Origin: a virus
Reading direction: 5' to 3' (one strand)
DNA length: 64,000 nt
Virus record (IMG/VR): IMGVR_UViG_3300045988_140747
The notes beneath the pieces are model-generated. The model searched no databases. It saw only the letters and a list, made by a program, of their open reading frames with translations, and was not told where the DNA came from. Below are positions 26,101 through 33,578 of this stretch, in pieces. The translations under genes and the position numbers were made by a program. Each line of letters opens with the position of its first letter. The first letter of the stretch is position 1.

Positions 26101-26369
26101 GAGACGTAACCGATGTCAACATGAAGATTTTCGTTCCGAAGGGGTCTGAGGCTCTATACGCAGAGCCGTTCTCAAAGTATGGAAGCAACCCGGATGCCAA
26201 GAACTGGAACGGCGAAAGCGATCAGACCTATTTTTCCTCCGAAATGGAGACTATCTTGCAAAGAGGGTCTCATTTCCAATGCACAAAAGCCTACTACGAT
26301 GAGGACAAAAAGAAATACAGTATCGAAGTGGCTGTCACCGGACAAGAATACAAGGAGCTCAATTGGTGA
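20190..26369 (+). CDS. Portal protein (DUF1073-type) fused to a polyvalent effector array: Nudix, ART-like, zincin, ParB-like, C-terminal ADP-ribosyltransferase
   Basis: A single ORF is open 20133-26369, with a likely GTG start at 20190 after GGAAGGAG. It carries the Nudix box GGHIEEGETPEQAAFRETKEEFG, HEFAH, QQEGRHRAAAA, and the ART triad LYRG / FMSCGTT / SEMETILQRG. Confidence 0.75.
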   Translation: MDKMTQEDRIKHYAHLIQRQTGKAVRPYRADGYVNMVNRYGTSKDSSEQYNFVPDAPVADDVLEMHYENNGLFSKIIDMPAEEAIKHGFTIEDVEDGKLADFYSEALDELNWEENAMTAVKWARLFGGSIAIMLVNDGRGLEEPLDWKNIQSIDDIRVYDRSLISPDYSSVFNYDPQDPFRVRGSRLGMPEYYDVYSKYGSFRVHDSRCLVFQNGVLPENATNSIYQFWGIPEYIRLNKAIRDADIAHRSAPKLLERSVQPIYKMKDLAAELATEQGEDRILKRLQVIDTARGILNSLVIDADGEDYDFKTFQYNGITDVISASCNMLAALSNIPQIILFGQTISGMSSTDDTSMENYYNYVERIQKRMLRSNLRYLLSVVFQAGLATGEVDEVPKLKVQFNPLWSVSDSDQATLDQQKAQTEQIKAQTAQIYVGMEAIDPSEVRSKLADSDDFDVENMLDEYTEEELEAGMPSNDESQEQTPDDGQPATPDSQPTGNDEKAGPGQLLNEKTLSAVGNNAKDPATMETKVSSDPHENKEGTEGDAPASAPAATKKPSDMDPEEKAKAAQSRQNKAKDREDSLRTDDNNSHSEDQKGSVGVIVVNGGRVLNGTRHNDFGYGLVCGPGGHIEEGETPEQAAFRETKEEFGITPKSLMCLGQGPKEKDTGLKPYLFLCTEYYGTPNCEDLEMTGAKFSTIEELNEKAESLFGPFADGLNILMDCLETGIFYTDPAEGVTGEKLNSHLEKAMNADGGQGSGNFGHEGRPGKVGGSAESHNFGGLKNSELSSKMNGVFDDAKIGTRFSVKMNGVAGKDDYEIYKVSDGFYVRSKKGGNDIVKSVDKLVENCGVYVTNLTSDKVMYKEANIEVGEPETEEAQSFTRAYESCRKERERLASGNYKITEVDDATAKKYADTLNKASKAKIAKLAIDDPQFKAVVDNISAYTQGEYVYQRKATEKFISNGYDPSNDAILGDRLTDSLYLCKDMYKGQNLSVSSASVTEGMANLTKAVNCSDPFDGELYRVAQDRSLMKTADSGNQGVYTPPKPGETISIVAPTSFSKDKAAIDKIAKDKSGDIIYYTVQPGAHAVDVSKLSPYKQAELLTCGEYEVVSVDSKPQRVVMTQIDRFTSETIDSLKANRGATVDDGFVKFPILETHVTLRQKEPIHMDSCDDSIHRYRPDDFSERMVYDDEIDLDGGPGSGNYGHEGVPGQVGGSAPSTSGPISKSSFQKGSGHFEVTGDVKDMYLTKPARTRIEGAIKTVKTANDLKKYLENQGIKLETSYEPLKKAMDREIPSIKEQADYVIAAIEQYKDLGGLKALKAVHIYDHDIDAQAQYSYRAKGEGDVPDEGHLYISYMANGEQIMHEFAHAYADSTKPDGMDVVEWSAKLNQEAGLSKNVKSYFGADSDAKEAERFANAIGYAIADGDGPDGRLAFAANVANIVRNSNGSSAGMSGGNLAFRSMIPKDSYFNSPSYKKAVEAYRGAIRKHDDAWKKYSDLKEDLKAESAPKPESEWDDNDIFEDLIGHRPMTYTEKGKKIKSEMDKAFKDSQEYDHEQTETGDKLREIKKKEHDKQVKGIHFQPPADASSDDYEGFTTKTTGTSAYDDYINGERNGGRIAEMSPAEYLQRCAYQVFEDATIESTLAAIDESNVKKYADMMKNGTKFDMPYLNFMSGQQEGRHRAAAAMQAGIDKIPVLVVGERFAKYDGGKGSGNWGHEGRKGKLGGSAPGGGVHNRISEEGGSYTSFSKKQKKLATTHFAGKGEFHNLPDKTKIVADLVFGPYSMVYNAKHGMFIGEDGAEMNPDDVTDACDKDTPVRVFIPNEASTNYNKLKQSFDVSPSRMAEAKAYSQPKQADKDLRKKTGEVWKTLTDGQKKSLYDYTGGFFMDINHSLRSGHGTVQNQSKASDITTAIAKSKTQEDMWLYRGVGLEAVPKMFGIDWGKIQKNDIGSIVGMSGSDDGFMSCGTTAGTGYGDVTDVNMKIFVPKGSEALYAEPFSKYGSNPDAKNWNGESDQTYFSSEMETILQRGSHFQCTKAYYDEDKKKYSIEVAVTGQEYKELNW

Positions 26370-26401
26370 TTCTTGCAATATTCTGAAATGTTTGTTGTTA
26401 T

Positions 26402-26430
26402 TTGACAAAACAGAATGTATCTGTTACGAT
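26402..26430 (+). promoter_or_regulatory. Sigma-70-type promoter, copy C of the conserved phage promoter
   Basis: TTGACA, 17-nt spacer, (tgt)TACGAT, then TTTGTAAAAAA. Confidence 0.6.
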
Positions 26431-26467
26431 ACGTTTGTAAAAAACATCATGTTCTAGGAGGGATAAA

Positions 26468-26695
26468 ATGGCGAAATGGGACAATGAAGAACTGTCGTGG
26501 GTACGGCCTGACAAGAATAAAATCCAATGTTCAAAGTGCATGCTGCGAGAGAAGGACCGACTGGACGGAGAAATCGACGGGGCCACACTTGGTGTGTGTG
26601 AAGCCTTCCAATTTAAGCCGACGGAGATTCTTTTCAACGGCGCTGAGTGTCCGTATTTCATTGACGAGAACACGCCAGACGACGAAGAAGAGTGA
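26468..26695 (+). CDS. Hypothetical small protein (75 aa), acidic tail
   Basis: AGGAGGG RBS; CSKC...C...C. Confidence 0.45.
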   Translation: MAKWDNEELSWVRPDKNKIQCSKCMLREKDRLDGEIDGATLGVCEAFQFKPTEILFNGAECPYFIDENTPDDEEE

Positions 26696-26710
26696 CTTGA
26701 AAGGGAACAG

Positions 26711-27529
26711 GTGGCAGGATTGAAGAACACCAATCGAATCATCGGAGGAATCGTTGGCGATATCGTCGGATCTGTATATGAGTTCGACAATATCAAGTCC
26801 AAGGACTTCGTTCTGTTTGGGGATCATCACGGTCAGAAATGCTTCGCAACCGATGACAGCATAATGACTCTGGCGGTTTGCGATGCGTTCACCAAGAGTG
26901 CTCCGTACTACGAATTCCTTTACGAAAACCTCATGAAGTCCATGCAGGAAATCGGAAGACCGTATCCGGATTGCGGATACGGAGGAAGATTTTATAGCTG
27001 GATGTACTCTGATAACCCACAGCCGTATAACAGCTTTGGGAATGGCGCTGCGATGCGCGTAAGTGCTGCAGCATACGCTGCGAATACGCTCTCTGAAGCT
27101 CTCGACTTCGCAAGAATCACTGCAGAAGTCACCCATAATCACCCTGAAGGCATCAAGGGCGCACAGGCTACTGCTGGATGCATTTACCTTGCGCTTCATG
27201 GATATGACTTCCGAAAGATCCTGCGATTTGCCGATCACTACTATGACCTAGACTTCACCCTTCACGGTATCCGTGACAGCTATCGGTTCAATGAGTCCTG
27301 CCAGGAAACAGTTCCACAGGCTATTGTCGCTTTCCTTGAATCCACTGATTTTGAGGATTCAATCCGCAACGCGATTTCCATTGGCGGGGACAGCGACACA
27401 CTGGCCTGTATTACTGGATCTATTGCCGGAGCCTACTATGGTGTTCCCGTAAACATCGCAGATAAGGCCATCGGATATTTGGATCCTCGCCTCCGTGAAA
27501 TCTACGATCGGTTTGTTGAAGAGTTCTGA
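26711..27529 (+). CDS. ADP-ribosylglycohydrolase (ARH/DraG family)
   Basis: GGIVGDIVGSVYEF, TDDSIMT, FGNGAAMRV, THNHPEGIKGA and GGDSDTLACITGSIAGAYYG. GTG start. Confidence 0.8.
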   Translation: MAGLKNTNRIIGGIVGDIVGSVYEFDNIKSKDFVLFGDHHGQKCFATDDSIMTLAVCDAFTKSAPYYEFLYENLMKSMQEIGRPYPDCGYGGRFYSWMYSDNPQPYNSFGNGAAMRVSAAAYAANTLSEALDFARITAEVTHNHPEGIKGAQATAGCIYLALHGYDFRKILRFADHYYDLDFTLHGIRDSYRFNESCQETVPQAIVAFLESTDFEDSIRNAISIGGDSDTLACITGSIAGAYYGVPVNIADKAIGYLDPRLREIYDRFVEEF

Positions 27530-27556
27530 TCTGCTACAATTCCATAAGCACCTGTG

Positions 27557-27590
27557 AGCAGGGCCATCTTTTTGATGGTCCTGCTTTTTT
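27557..27590 (+). terminator. Rho-independent terminator
   Basis: 12-bp stem agcagggccatc/gatggtcctgct, loop TTTTT, then TTTTT. Confidence 0.75.
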
Positions 27591-27666
27591 GCTAGTGTAG
27601 CTCAACCGGAAGAGCAGACGTCTTGTAATCGTCAGGTTGCGGGTTCAAGTCCCGCCGTTAGCTCCA
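27591..27666 (+). tRNA. tRNA-Thr (anticodon TGT), CCA encoded
   Basis: Acceptor gctagtg/cgttagc (two G-U pairs), D arm gctc-aaccggaa-gagc, anticodon loop ctTGTaa, T arm gcggg-ttcaagt-cccgc. Confidence 0.75.
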
Positions 27667-27920
27667 ATAGCCGTACACCGTAATCGGCACGTCGAATGGC
27701 ACATGGATCATCGCAACGTTTTTGTTTGCGCGTTACGGTTTCCAACAGAAGCTGGCAATGGGAGCAAGTTTGTCCATAACGCCTCCGCCCATTGTCTGTC
27801 GGATGCGCTGTAAGCAATCAGCTGTGTGCCATAAAGCTCTGTACTCGTAAAAAGGTGCAGGGCTTCTTTTATGAACACTTCACCAAATCTAAATAAAAGG
27901 CCGGGAAAGGGGACATCTCT

Positions 27921-28856
27921 GTGAACAATAAAATTCACCAAGAAGCTGTCAAACAGGCCACACAGGCCAAATTCCGCGGCAAAAAGACCATCAAGTGCAA
28001 AACCAAACCATTATACCCGGAATCTGCCGAACGAGAGTATGCCCGAGTTACAAACGGCTACATGAAAATCCTCGACGATACTGTCAAGAAGCACATGCCA
28101 GCTATCATGAAAGCATACAAGGCAGATCTCGATGCAAGCATCCGAGAAGATGACATCCATGATGTTTTCGACAAAACCCGCCGGGAATTCCAAAGAATGG
28201 CTGAAGAGCTTGAACGGAAACTTGCAAAGTATGGGCTGCAGAACCTCGTTGGCAAAGTCGCTCGCGTCGCAAGAAAGAGCTCATATAGGCAGTGGAAACG
28301 GGCCTGCAAGCAAACTCTCGGCATCGACCTTATGGACGATTACTACAACGGAGACTTCTATCGGCAAGCTGTTCAGAAATGGGTTGACGACAATGTCTTG
28401 AAGATTAAGAGCCTTCCGAATGACTCTCTCGGGTCAATGCAGCAGATTGTCTATAAGGGTTTTCAAAGTGGTGCAAGCGTCAGAGACATCTCGAAGGAGA
28501 TTCAGGACGAGTACCAAACATCCAAGCATCAGGCACAAATGCTTGCTAGGGATCAGCTGTCCACCCTGAATTCTCAAATCACCCGACTTCAGCAAGAGGA
28601 TGCCGGCTGTAAGCGATATAGGTGGTCAACGTCCAAAGACTCCCGAGTCCGGGACTGCCACAAGTCCTTCGAAGGAAAAGTGTTCAGCTGGGACGACCCA
28701 CCTGAAGGATGGTATAAGACCAAGAACGGAATCAAGTACACTGGACGAAGATGCCACCCCGGGGAGGACTACATGTGTAGATGCGTAGCGATCCCCGTTT
28801 TCGACTGGGAAACCATAGACGTCCCTATGCAGACTGATGGTGAAAAGGAGAGCTGA
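27921..28856 (+). CDS. MuF / SPP1 gp7-like head morphogenesis protein
   Basis: C-terminal YRWSTSKDSRVRDCHKSFEGKVFSWDDPP...HPGEDYMCRCVAIPV matches the Phage_Mu_F pattern. GTG start. Confidence 0.7.
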   Translation: MNNKIHQEAVKQATQAKFRGKKTIKCKTKPLYPESAEREYARVTNGYMKILDDTVKKHMPAIMKAYKADLDASIREDDIHDVFDKTRREFQRMAEELERKLAKYGLQNLVGKVARVARKSSYRQWKRACKQTLGIDLMDDYYNGDFYRQAVQKWVDDNVLKIKSLPNDSLGSMQQIVYKGFQSGASVRDISKEIQDEYQTSKHQAQMLARDQLSTLNSQITRLQQEDAGCKRYRWSTSKDSRVRDCHKSFEGKVFSWDDPPEGWYKTKNGIKYTGRRCHPGEDYMCRCVAIPVFDWETIDVPMQTDGEKES

Positions 28857-28861
28857 TTTCA

Positions 28862-29050
28862 ATGGAAACCAAAGAAAAGATCGAAGTTTTCATTGACATT
28901 GAGAACGGGAACACGGTCTGCATCTGCAAACGCACTCGAAAAGGATGCAAAAAGTTCTGCGAAGCAGCTGTTGTTGAGAGGGATAAGTACCTCGGCTGGG
29001 AAAAGACGTTCCGACAGAACCGATACGGAAAATGCGATGGAATAGACTGA
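28862..29050 (+). CDS. Hypothetical small protein (62 aa)
   Basis: ORF packed between MuF and the next gene. Confidence 0.35.
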   Translation: METKEKIEVFIDIENGNTVCICKRTRKGCKKFCEAAVVERDKYLGWEKTFRQNRYGKCDGID

Positions 29051-29138
29051 AGGGGTGGCAGACTTGAGGTCGAGATCGCGATCACTGGTCAGAATACCAA
29101 GAAGCTCAACTGGTAGATCATAGAAAGGAACTTTTTAC

Positions 29139-30038
29139 ATGAAAAACACAATACAAGATATTCGAGAGAGACAGATGCTTCGAAGGAAAGCGATGGACAG
29201 CCGAAAGCTTGTTATTTTTCGAAAAGACGGTTTGCCGGTTGTTGTTAGCGAGGATGGAGGCCCGGGGTCCGGTAATTTCGGACATGGAGGGCGTCCTGGA
29301 AAGGTTGGCGGTTCATCTGGCGGAGAAGGCTCTAAAAGCGCATCTGCTCCCAGCAGTAAAGCACCAAAAGCCAAGACTTACAACAATGAGATATCAAAAG
29401 CGTATAAGTCGAAGAACTACGCAGATGTTGGCAAAGCAATTAGAAAATGCGTTACGGATGCACCTATCGGCTCGAAATTCACCTCAAACGGAAACTCCTA
29501 CACCAAAACAGGAGACGATACATTCGAGTATACAATCGCTTCGTTTCCGAATAAAAAGTTTCCTGCCAATACGAACATGGTTGTAAATAACGCCGACTTG
29601 TTCAAATCCGAAAACGCTCTGAAGTTTGAAGAAAGTGAAGAAAAAGCATCGAAAGCCAGTGAAGAACAGGCATCCGCTCCGCAGAAAAAAACTTCAGATA
29701 AAGAAACTTCGTCCCGAAAGCCGACCTTTAGCGGAAGCAAAAAGACCGAAGGAATTCGTTCTTTTGGTGGCATCAAGTGGAACGAAAGAAATGAAATTCT
29801 CGAGAAAGCCCCAGTTGGAGCTAAAATCGAAGGAATTGTCAGCAATTCCGGGCGCCCGGTTGTCATTGAAAAGACGAGCGGTATTGTTTCCAAAACGTCT
29901 TATTTCGGAGACATCTTCAAAGAGAAGGAGGATTACTGGGAAGTCAACGGAGAAAGGGCTAACGGAAGCTCGCAGATTGCTGAGATTATTGGTCAGACTC
30001 TGAAGGGCACGAGCAAGTACTACAAGCTGAAGGAATAA
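29139..30038 (+). CDS. Lys-rich hypothetical head-module protein carrying the DGGPGSGNFGHGGRPGKVGGS motif
   Basis: This is the fourth copy of the 21-aa motif (29253-29315), placed 38 aa from the N-terminus. The remainder is unrecognised. Confidence 0.5.
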   Translation: MKNTIQDIRERQMLRRKAMDSRKLVIFRKDGLPVVVSEDGGPGSGNFGHGGRPGKVGGSSGGEGSKSASAPSSKAPKAKTYNNEISKAYKSKNYADVGKAIRKCVTDAPIGSKFTSNGNSYTKTGDDTFEYTIASFPNKKFPANTNMVVNNADLFKSENALKFEESEEKASKASEEQASAPQKKTSDKETSSRKPTFSGSKKTEGIRSFGGIKWNERNEILEKAPVGAKIEGIVSNSGRPVVIEKTSGIVSKTSYFGDIFKEKEDYWEVNGERANGSSQIAEIIGQTLKGTSKYYKLKE

Positions 30039-30083
30039 CGGCTATAGTCGTGCCATCACTTGATTGAATGAAAGGTGTTGTTT

Positions 30084-30368
30084 ATGCAAAATTCTGCGGC
30101 TGTAGGTAGTATCTGCGCACAACTTATCAAGTCGTGCGAGAAGGTTCAAACGATCACATCGGCTATGGATGCTTTTGAGCAGACTAACGAGAAGCTCGTT
30201 GAATCTTATGGGAACATTCGGTTTGACGAACTCGAGCACATCCAGATTCTCACGCTGATGCTCACGGAGCTTGTCTCCGTTGAGAACGAGGAGAACATGG
30301 ATGGAGAGGGGAGCGTATTTGCCCCCGGAGATCTCAACGACGTAAAGAAATGTGAGGGCGAGGAATGA
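30084..30368 (+). CDS. Hypothetical protein (94 aa)
   Basis: In frame with track ORF 30075-30368. ATGA overlap with the downstream gene. Confidence 0.4.
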   Translation: MQNSAAVGSICAQLIKSCEKVQTITSAMDAFEQTNEKLVESYGNIRFDELEHIQILTLMLTELVSVENEENMDGEGSVFAPGDLNDVKKCEGEE

Positions 30369-31924
30369 CAAGAAATACCGAAAATGCACCGCCCAAGCTT
30401 TCTAGGGTCTACCGGCTCGATAGCTCTCCTGTGAATTCCACCTATTTCACTGAGGAAGGTTATCTGATCGACCACCCGATTCTGACAAGCATCGGAATCT
30501 TCGAATACACGAACCCTGACGGAACCACTCGCAGGGAACTGCGAATTCCTGAAGAGGTTTTTAAGCCTGAAAGCCTCAAGTCCTATAAGGGTAAGCCTAT
30601 CATCGTGACTCATGATGCCGGGCTTATCACCAAGGATAACGTTGGCGAAGAGGCAATCGGAACAATCCTGTCTGAAGGATACCAGGACAAGGATGACGTC
30701 CGAGCCGAAATCATCATCCATGATACGGATGAGATGAAATCTGTTGGGTTGAAGGAGCTGTCGCTCGGCTATAACCTCACGCTCGATGAAACGCCGGGCG
30801 TGTGGGAAGGCAAGCCGTATGACGCTATTCAGCGAGATATTACCATCAATCACCTTGCGCTGGTTCTTCAAGCGAGAGCTGGCGACCAAGCACGGCTTAA
30901 CATCGATAGCCGTGACCGCACTACGAAAGGAGTAAAAACCACCATGAGCAAGAAGATCAAAAAGTTCGGCTCTCGCGCCGACGGTGTTCTGAGCCCCGAA
31001 GAGCTGCAGAAGGCAATCGCCGACTACAAGAAGCGCCGCGCAGAGCGCATCGAGGGTCAGAAGGATGCAGATGACGTTGCTCCTGCAGAAGCAGAGAACA
31101 AAAAGCCTGCTGCTGTCGAGACCGACGGAGATGAGACTGCTCCAACTGGCGCTGACGACCAGAAGAACGCAGTTCAGGCTGTCAAGGACCGCCGCGATCG
31201 TCGCGATGAGGAAGGCGACCCGAAAGATAAGGATGCCGCAATGGGCGTTATTGCCCAGCAGGATAGCGACATGGATATCCTGTTTGACATCATCGACACC
31301 CTGCTGGCCGAGCGCGACATGAAGACTTCCGCCACCGATGGAGAGGAATGCGATCCCGAGGATCCCAACACCGACGCCGATGACGAGGAGAACAAGCCCG
31401 CATCTGCACTGGCTGCGGTCAACGGCGATGAGGACGAGGACGAGGATGAGGATCTCAACTCCGACGAGGATGATGAAGAGGAAGTCAATGCCGATGAGGA
31501 CGACGATGAGGTGCCTTCCACGAACGAGGGAGATGTCGGCAGCGCTGTCGTCAAGGAACCCACTTCCAATATGGACTCTATCGATGCCATCGTTCGCCAG
31601 CGCGTCCAGCTCGGCATCGCAGGATCCAAGCTCGGCATCAAGGGCCTTGAGAACATGAAGCTGTCAAAGGCCAAGAAGACCGTCATTCGCGCAGTCAACC
31701 CCGGCATTCGTCTGGATGGCAAGAGCGATGCCTACATCAACGGCGCGTTCAGCTGCGCAATGGCTGCAATCAATGCTCCTGCAAAGAAGGGCATTGCCTA
31801 TCAGAAGAAGCAGATGTTCAACGGCGATTCCCGCGACTTTGCTTCTCGCACCACCAAGATGACTTCTGCTGATGCAGCACGCGCTCGCATGATCGAGCGC
31901 CGTATGAACAAGGAGGTAAAGTAA
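30365..31924 (+). CDS. DUF2213-type capsid scaffolding / prohead-core protein with long D/E-rich segment
   Basis: SIGIFEYTNPDGTTRRELRIPEEVFKPESLKSYKGKPIIVTHD...LSLGYNLTLDE...INHLALV matches the DUF2213 pattern. There is an acidic run GDEDEDEDEDLNSDEDDEEE. Confidence 0.6.
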   Translation: MTRNTENAPPKLSRVYRLDSSPVNSTYFTEEGYLIDHPILTSIGIFEYTNPDGTTRRELRIPEEVFKPESLKSYKGKPIIVTHDAGLITKDNVGEEAIGTILSEGYQDKDDVRAEIIIHDTDEMKSVGLKELSLGYNLTLDETPGVWEGKPYDAIQRDITINHLALVLQARAGDQARLNIDSRDRTTKGVKTTMSKKIKKFGSRADGVLSPEELQKAIADYKKRRAERIEGQKDADDVAPAEAENKKPAAVETDGDETAPTGADDQKNAVQAVKDRRDRRDEEGDPKDKDAAMGVIAQQDSDMDILFDIIDTLLAERDMKTSATDGEECDPEDPNTDADDEENKPASALAAVNGDEDEDEDEDLNSDEDDEEEVNADEDDDEVPSTNEGDVGSAVVKEPTSNMDSIDAIVRQRVQLGIAGSKLGIKGLENMKLSKAKKTVIRAVNPGIRLDGKSDAYINGAFSCAMAAINAPAKKGIAYQKKQMFNGDSRDFASRTTKMTSADAARARMIERRMNKEVK

Positions 31925-31925
31925 C

Positions 31926-32432
31926 ATGAGCGCACAGATCAATTACGGATTTTCTACCCCGATCGGCTCTGCTGGCGGCATTGTCGATCTGGCTCCCTAT
32001 GCCATTGACAGCTTCCTGAACGATGAGGATAACGGCAAGCTGAAGTTCGGCATCGGCGTTGTCCGCGGAGAGAAGCCCGGCGTTGGCATTAAGCTGCCTG
32101 CCACCGATTCCACCGCTGCCAAGTTTGAAGGCATCACCACAAACAACCGTACCACTGAGTACAATATGGACGGTGACCTGTCCATCCGTAAGGGCGCATC
32201 CGTTGGTGTCATGCGTTATGGTCGCATCTATGCTCGCGTTGCAGATGGTGTGACGGTCAAGTATGGTGATGCACTGTATCTGCTGACCGATGGCGAAAAT
32301 GCCGGCATGTTTACCAACGCTGCATCTGCTACCACTCCCAAAGCTGTGGCTGTCAAGGGACGCTTCCTTGGCGCAGCTGATCTCAGCACCAAGGTCGCCG
32401 CCGTCGAGCTGTTCGATCAGGCACAGGCTTAA
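31926..32432 (+). CDS. Putative capsid decoration/cement protein
   Basis: Lies between the scaffold and major capsid genes; beta-rich, 168 aa. Assigned by position. Confidence 0.35.
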   Translation: MSAQINYGFSTPIGSAGGIVDLAPYAIDSFLNDEDNGKLKFGIGVVRGEKPGVGIKLPATDSTAAKFEGITTNNRTTEYNMDGDLSIRKGASVGVMRYGRIYARVADGVTVKYGDALYLLTDGENAGMFTNAASATTPKAVAVKGRFLGAADLSTKVAAVELFDQAQA

Positions 32433-32452
32433 ACAGAAAGGAGAAAATCACA

Positions 32453-33496
32453 ATGGCTATTAAGAAAGCTTCTTACAACAAGGATGAAGCAAAGGCTCTG
32501 CGCAACTCTGCCATTCCCGCAGCCGTCATGGCCTCCGAGGGTACTCGCTTCGACAGCGCTGATGACGCTTCCGTCTTTTTTGCCCGCGAGCTGGATCACG
32601 TCAAGGCTGAGTCCTACGACGTTGAGTACCCGGAGTTCACGGCTCTGAACCTTTTCCCGGTCAGCAACGAGACTGATCCTGGCGCAGAGACCGTCACCTA
32701 CTACACCTACGACAAGACCGGTCTGGCAAAGGTCATCGACAACTACAGCACCGACCTGCCCCGTGCTGATGTGACCGGCAAGCCCAGCTATGCTCAGGTG
32801 AAGTCCATCGGCGACAGCTATGGCTACTCCGCACAGGAGATGCGTGCATCCCGCATGGCCGGCAAGTCTCTGGACTCCCGCAAGGCTGAGTCTGCTCGCT
32901 ACCAGATCGACAACCTGACCAACCGCATTGCATGGGCTGGTGATGAAAACTCCGGCCTGATGGGTGTTCTGTCTACTGGTCAGAATGTCCCTCTGTACAC
33001 CATCGGAAATGGTGCTGGAAACAAGGCTGACTGGGCAAGTAAGACTGCCGATGAGATTCTGGCCGATGTCAACGGTATGCAGAAGCAGGTCGCCCGCGTC
33101 ACCAAGAACGTTGAGCGTCCTGATACTCTGTGCGTGCCTTCTGATGTCTACATGGATATCAGCACCCGCCGCATTCCCGATACCGCTACCACCGTCAAGG
33201 CTTTCCTGCTGGAGAACGCTCCCTACCTGAAGGATATCGTTTCCGCCGCAGAGCTGGATGCTGACTCCGTTGATACCAACCCCTATGCAAAGGCCGCCAC
33301 TGGCGGCAAGGGCGTTGCGTTCCTGTTCAAGAATGACAAGCGCAAGATGTCTCTGGAGAACCCCATGCCCTTTATGCAGTACCCGCTGCAGGTCAAGGGC
33401 CTGGAAACCGTCATTCCCTGTGAGGCTCGTACCGCCGGTGTCATTTTCTACTACCCGCTGTCCGCTCTGATCGCCGTTGGCGTTTCCGTGAACTGA
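32453..33496 (+). CDS. Major capsid protein (DUF2184/HK97-fold type)
   Basis: FFARELDHVKAESYDVEYPEFTALNLFPVS...; 347 aa. High-codon-bias gene followed by a strong terminator. Confidence 0.7.
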   Translation: MAIKKASYNKDEAKALRNSAIPAAVMASEGTRFDSADDASVFFARELDHVKAESYDVEYPEFTALNLFPVSNETDPGAETVTYYTYDKTGLAKVIDNYSTDLPRADVTGKPSYAQVKSIGDSYGYSAQEMRASRMAGKSLDSRKAESARYQIDNLTNRIAWAGDENSGLMGVLSTGQNVPLYTIGNGAGNKADWASKTADEILADVNGMQKQVARVTKNVERPDTLCVPSDVYMDISTRRIPDTATTVKAFLLENAPYLKDIVSAAELDADSVDTNPYAKAATGGKGVAFLFKNDKRKMSLENPMPFMQYPLQVKGLETVIPCEARTAGVIFYYPLSALIAVGVSVN

Positions 33497-33520
33497 TCTT
33501 TAACGACTATAAGATTCTCG

Positions 33521-33556
33521 AAGAGGTTGTCCATGAGGGCAACCTCTTTGTTTTTT
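33521..33556 (+). terminator. Rho-independent terminator after capsid gene
   Basis: Stem aagaggttg/caacctctt, 10-nt loop, then TGTTTTTT. Confidence 0.7.
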
Positions 33557-33578
33557 ATGAAAGTGAAAGGACGAGACT

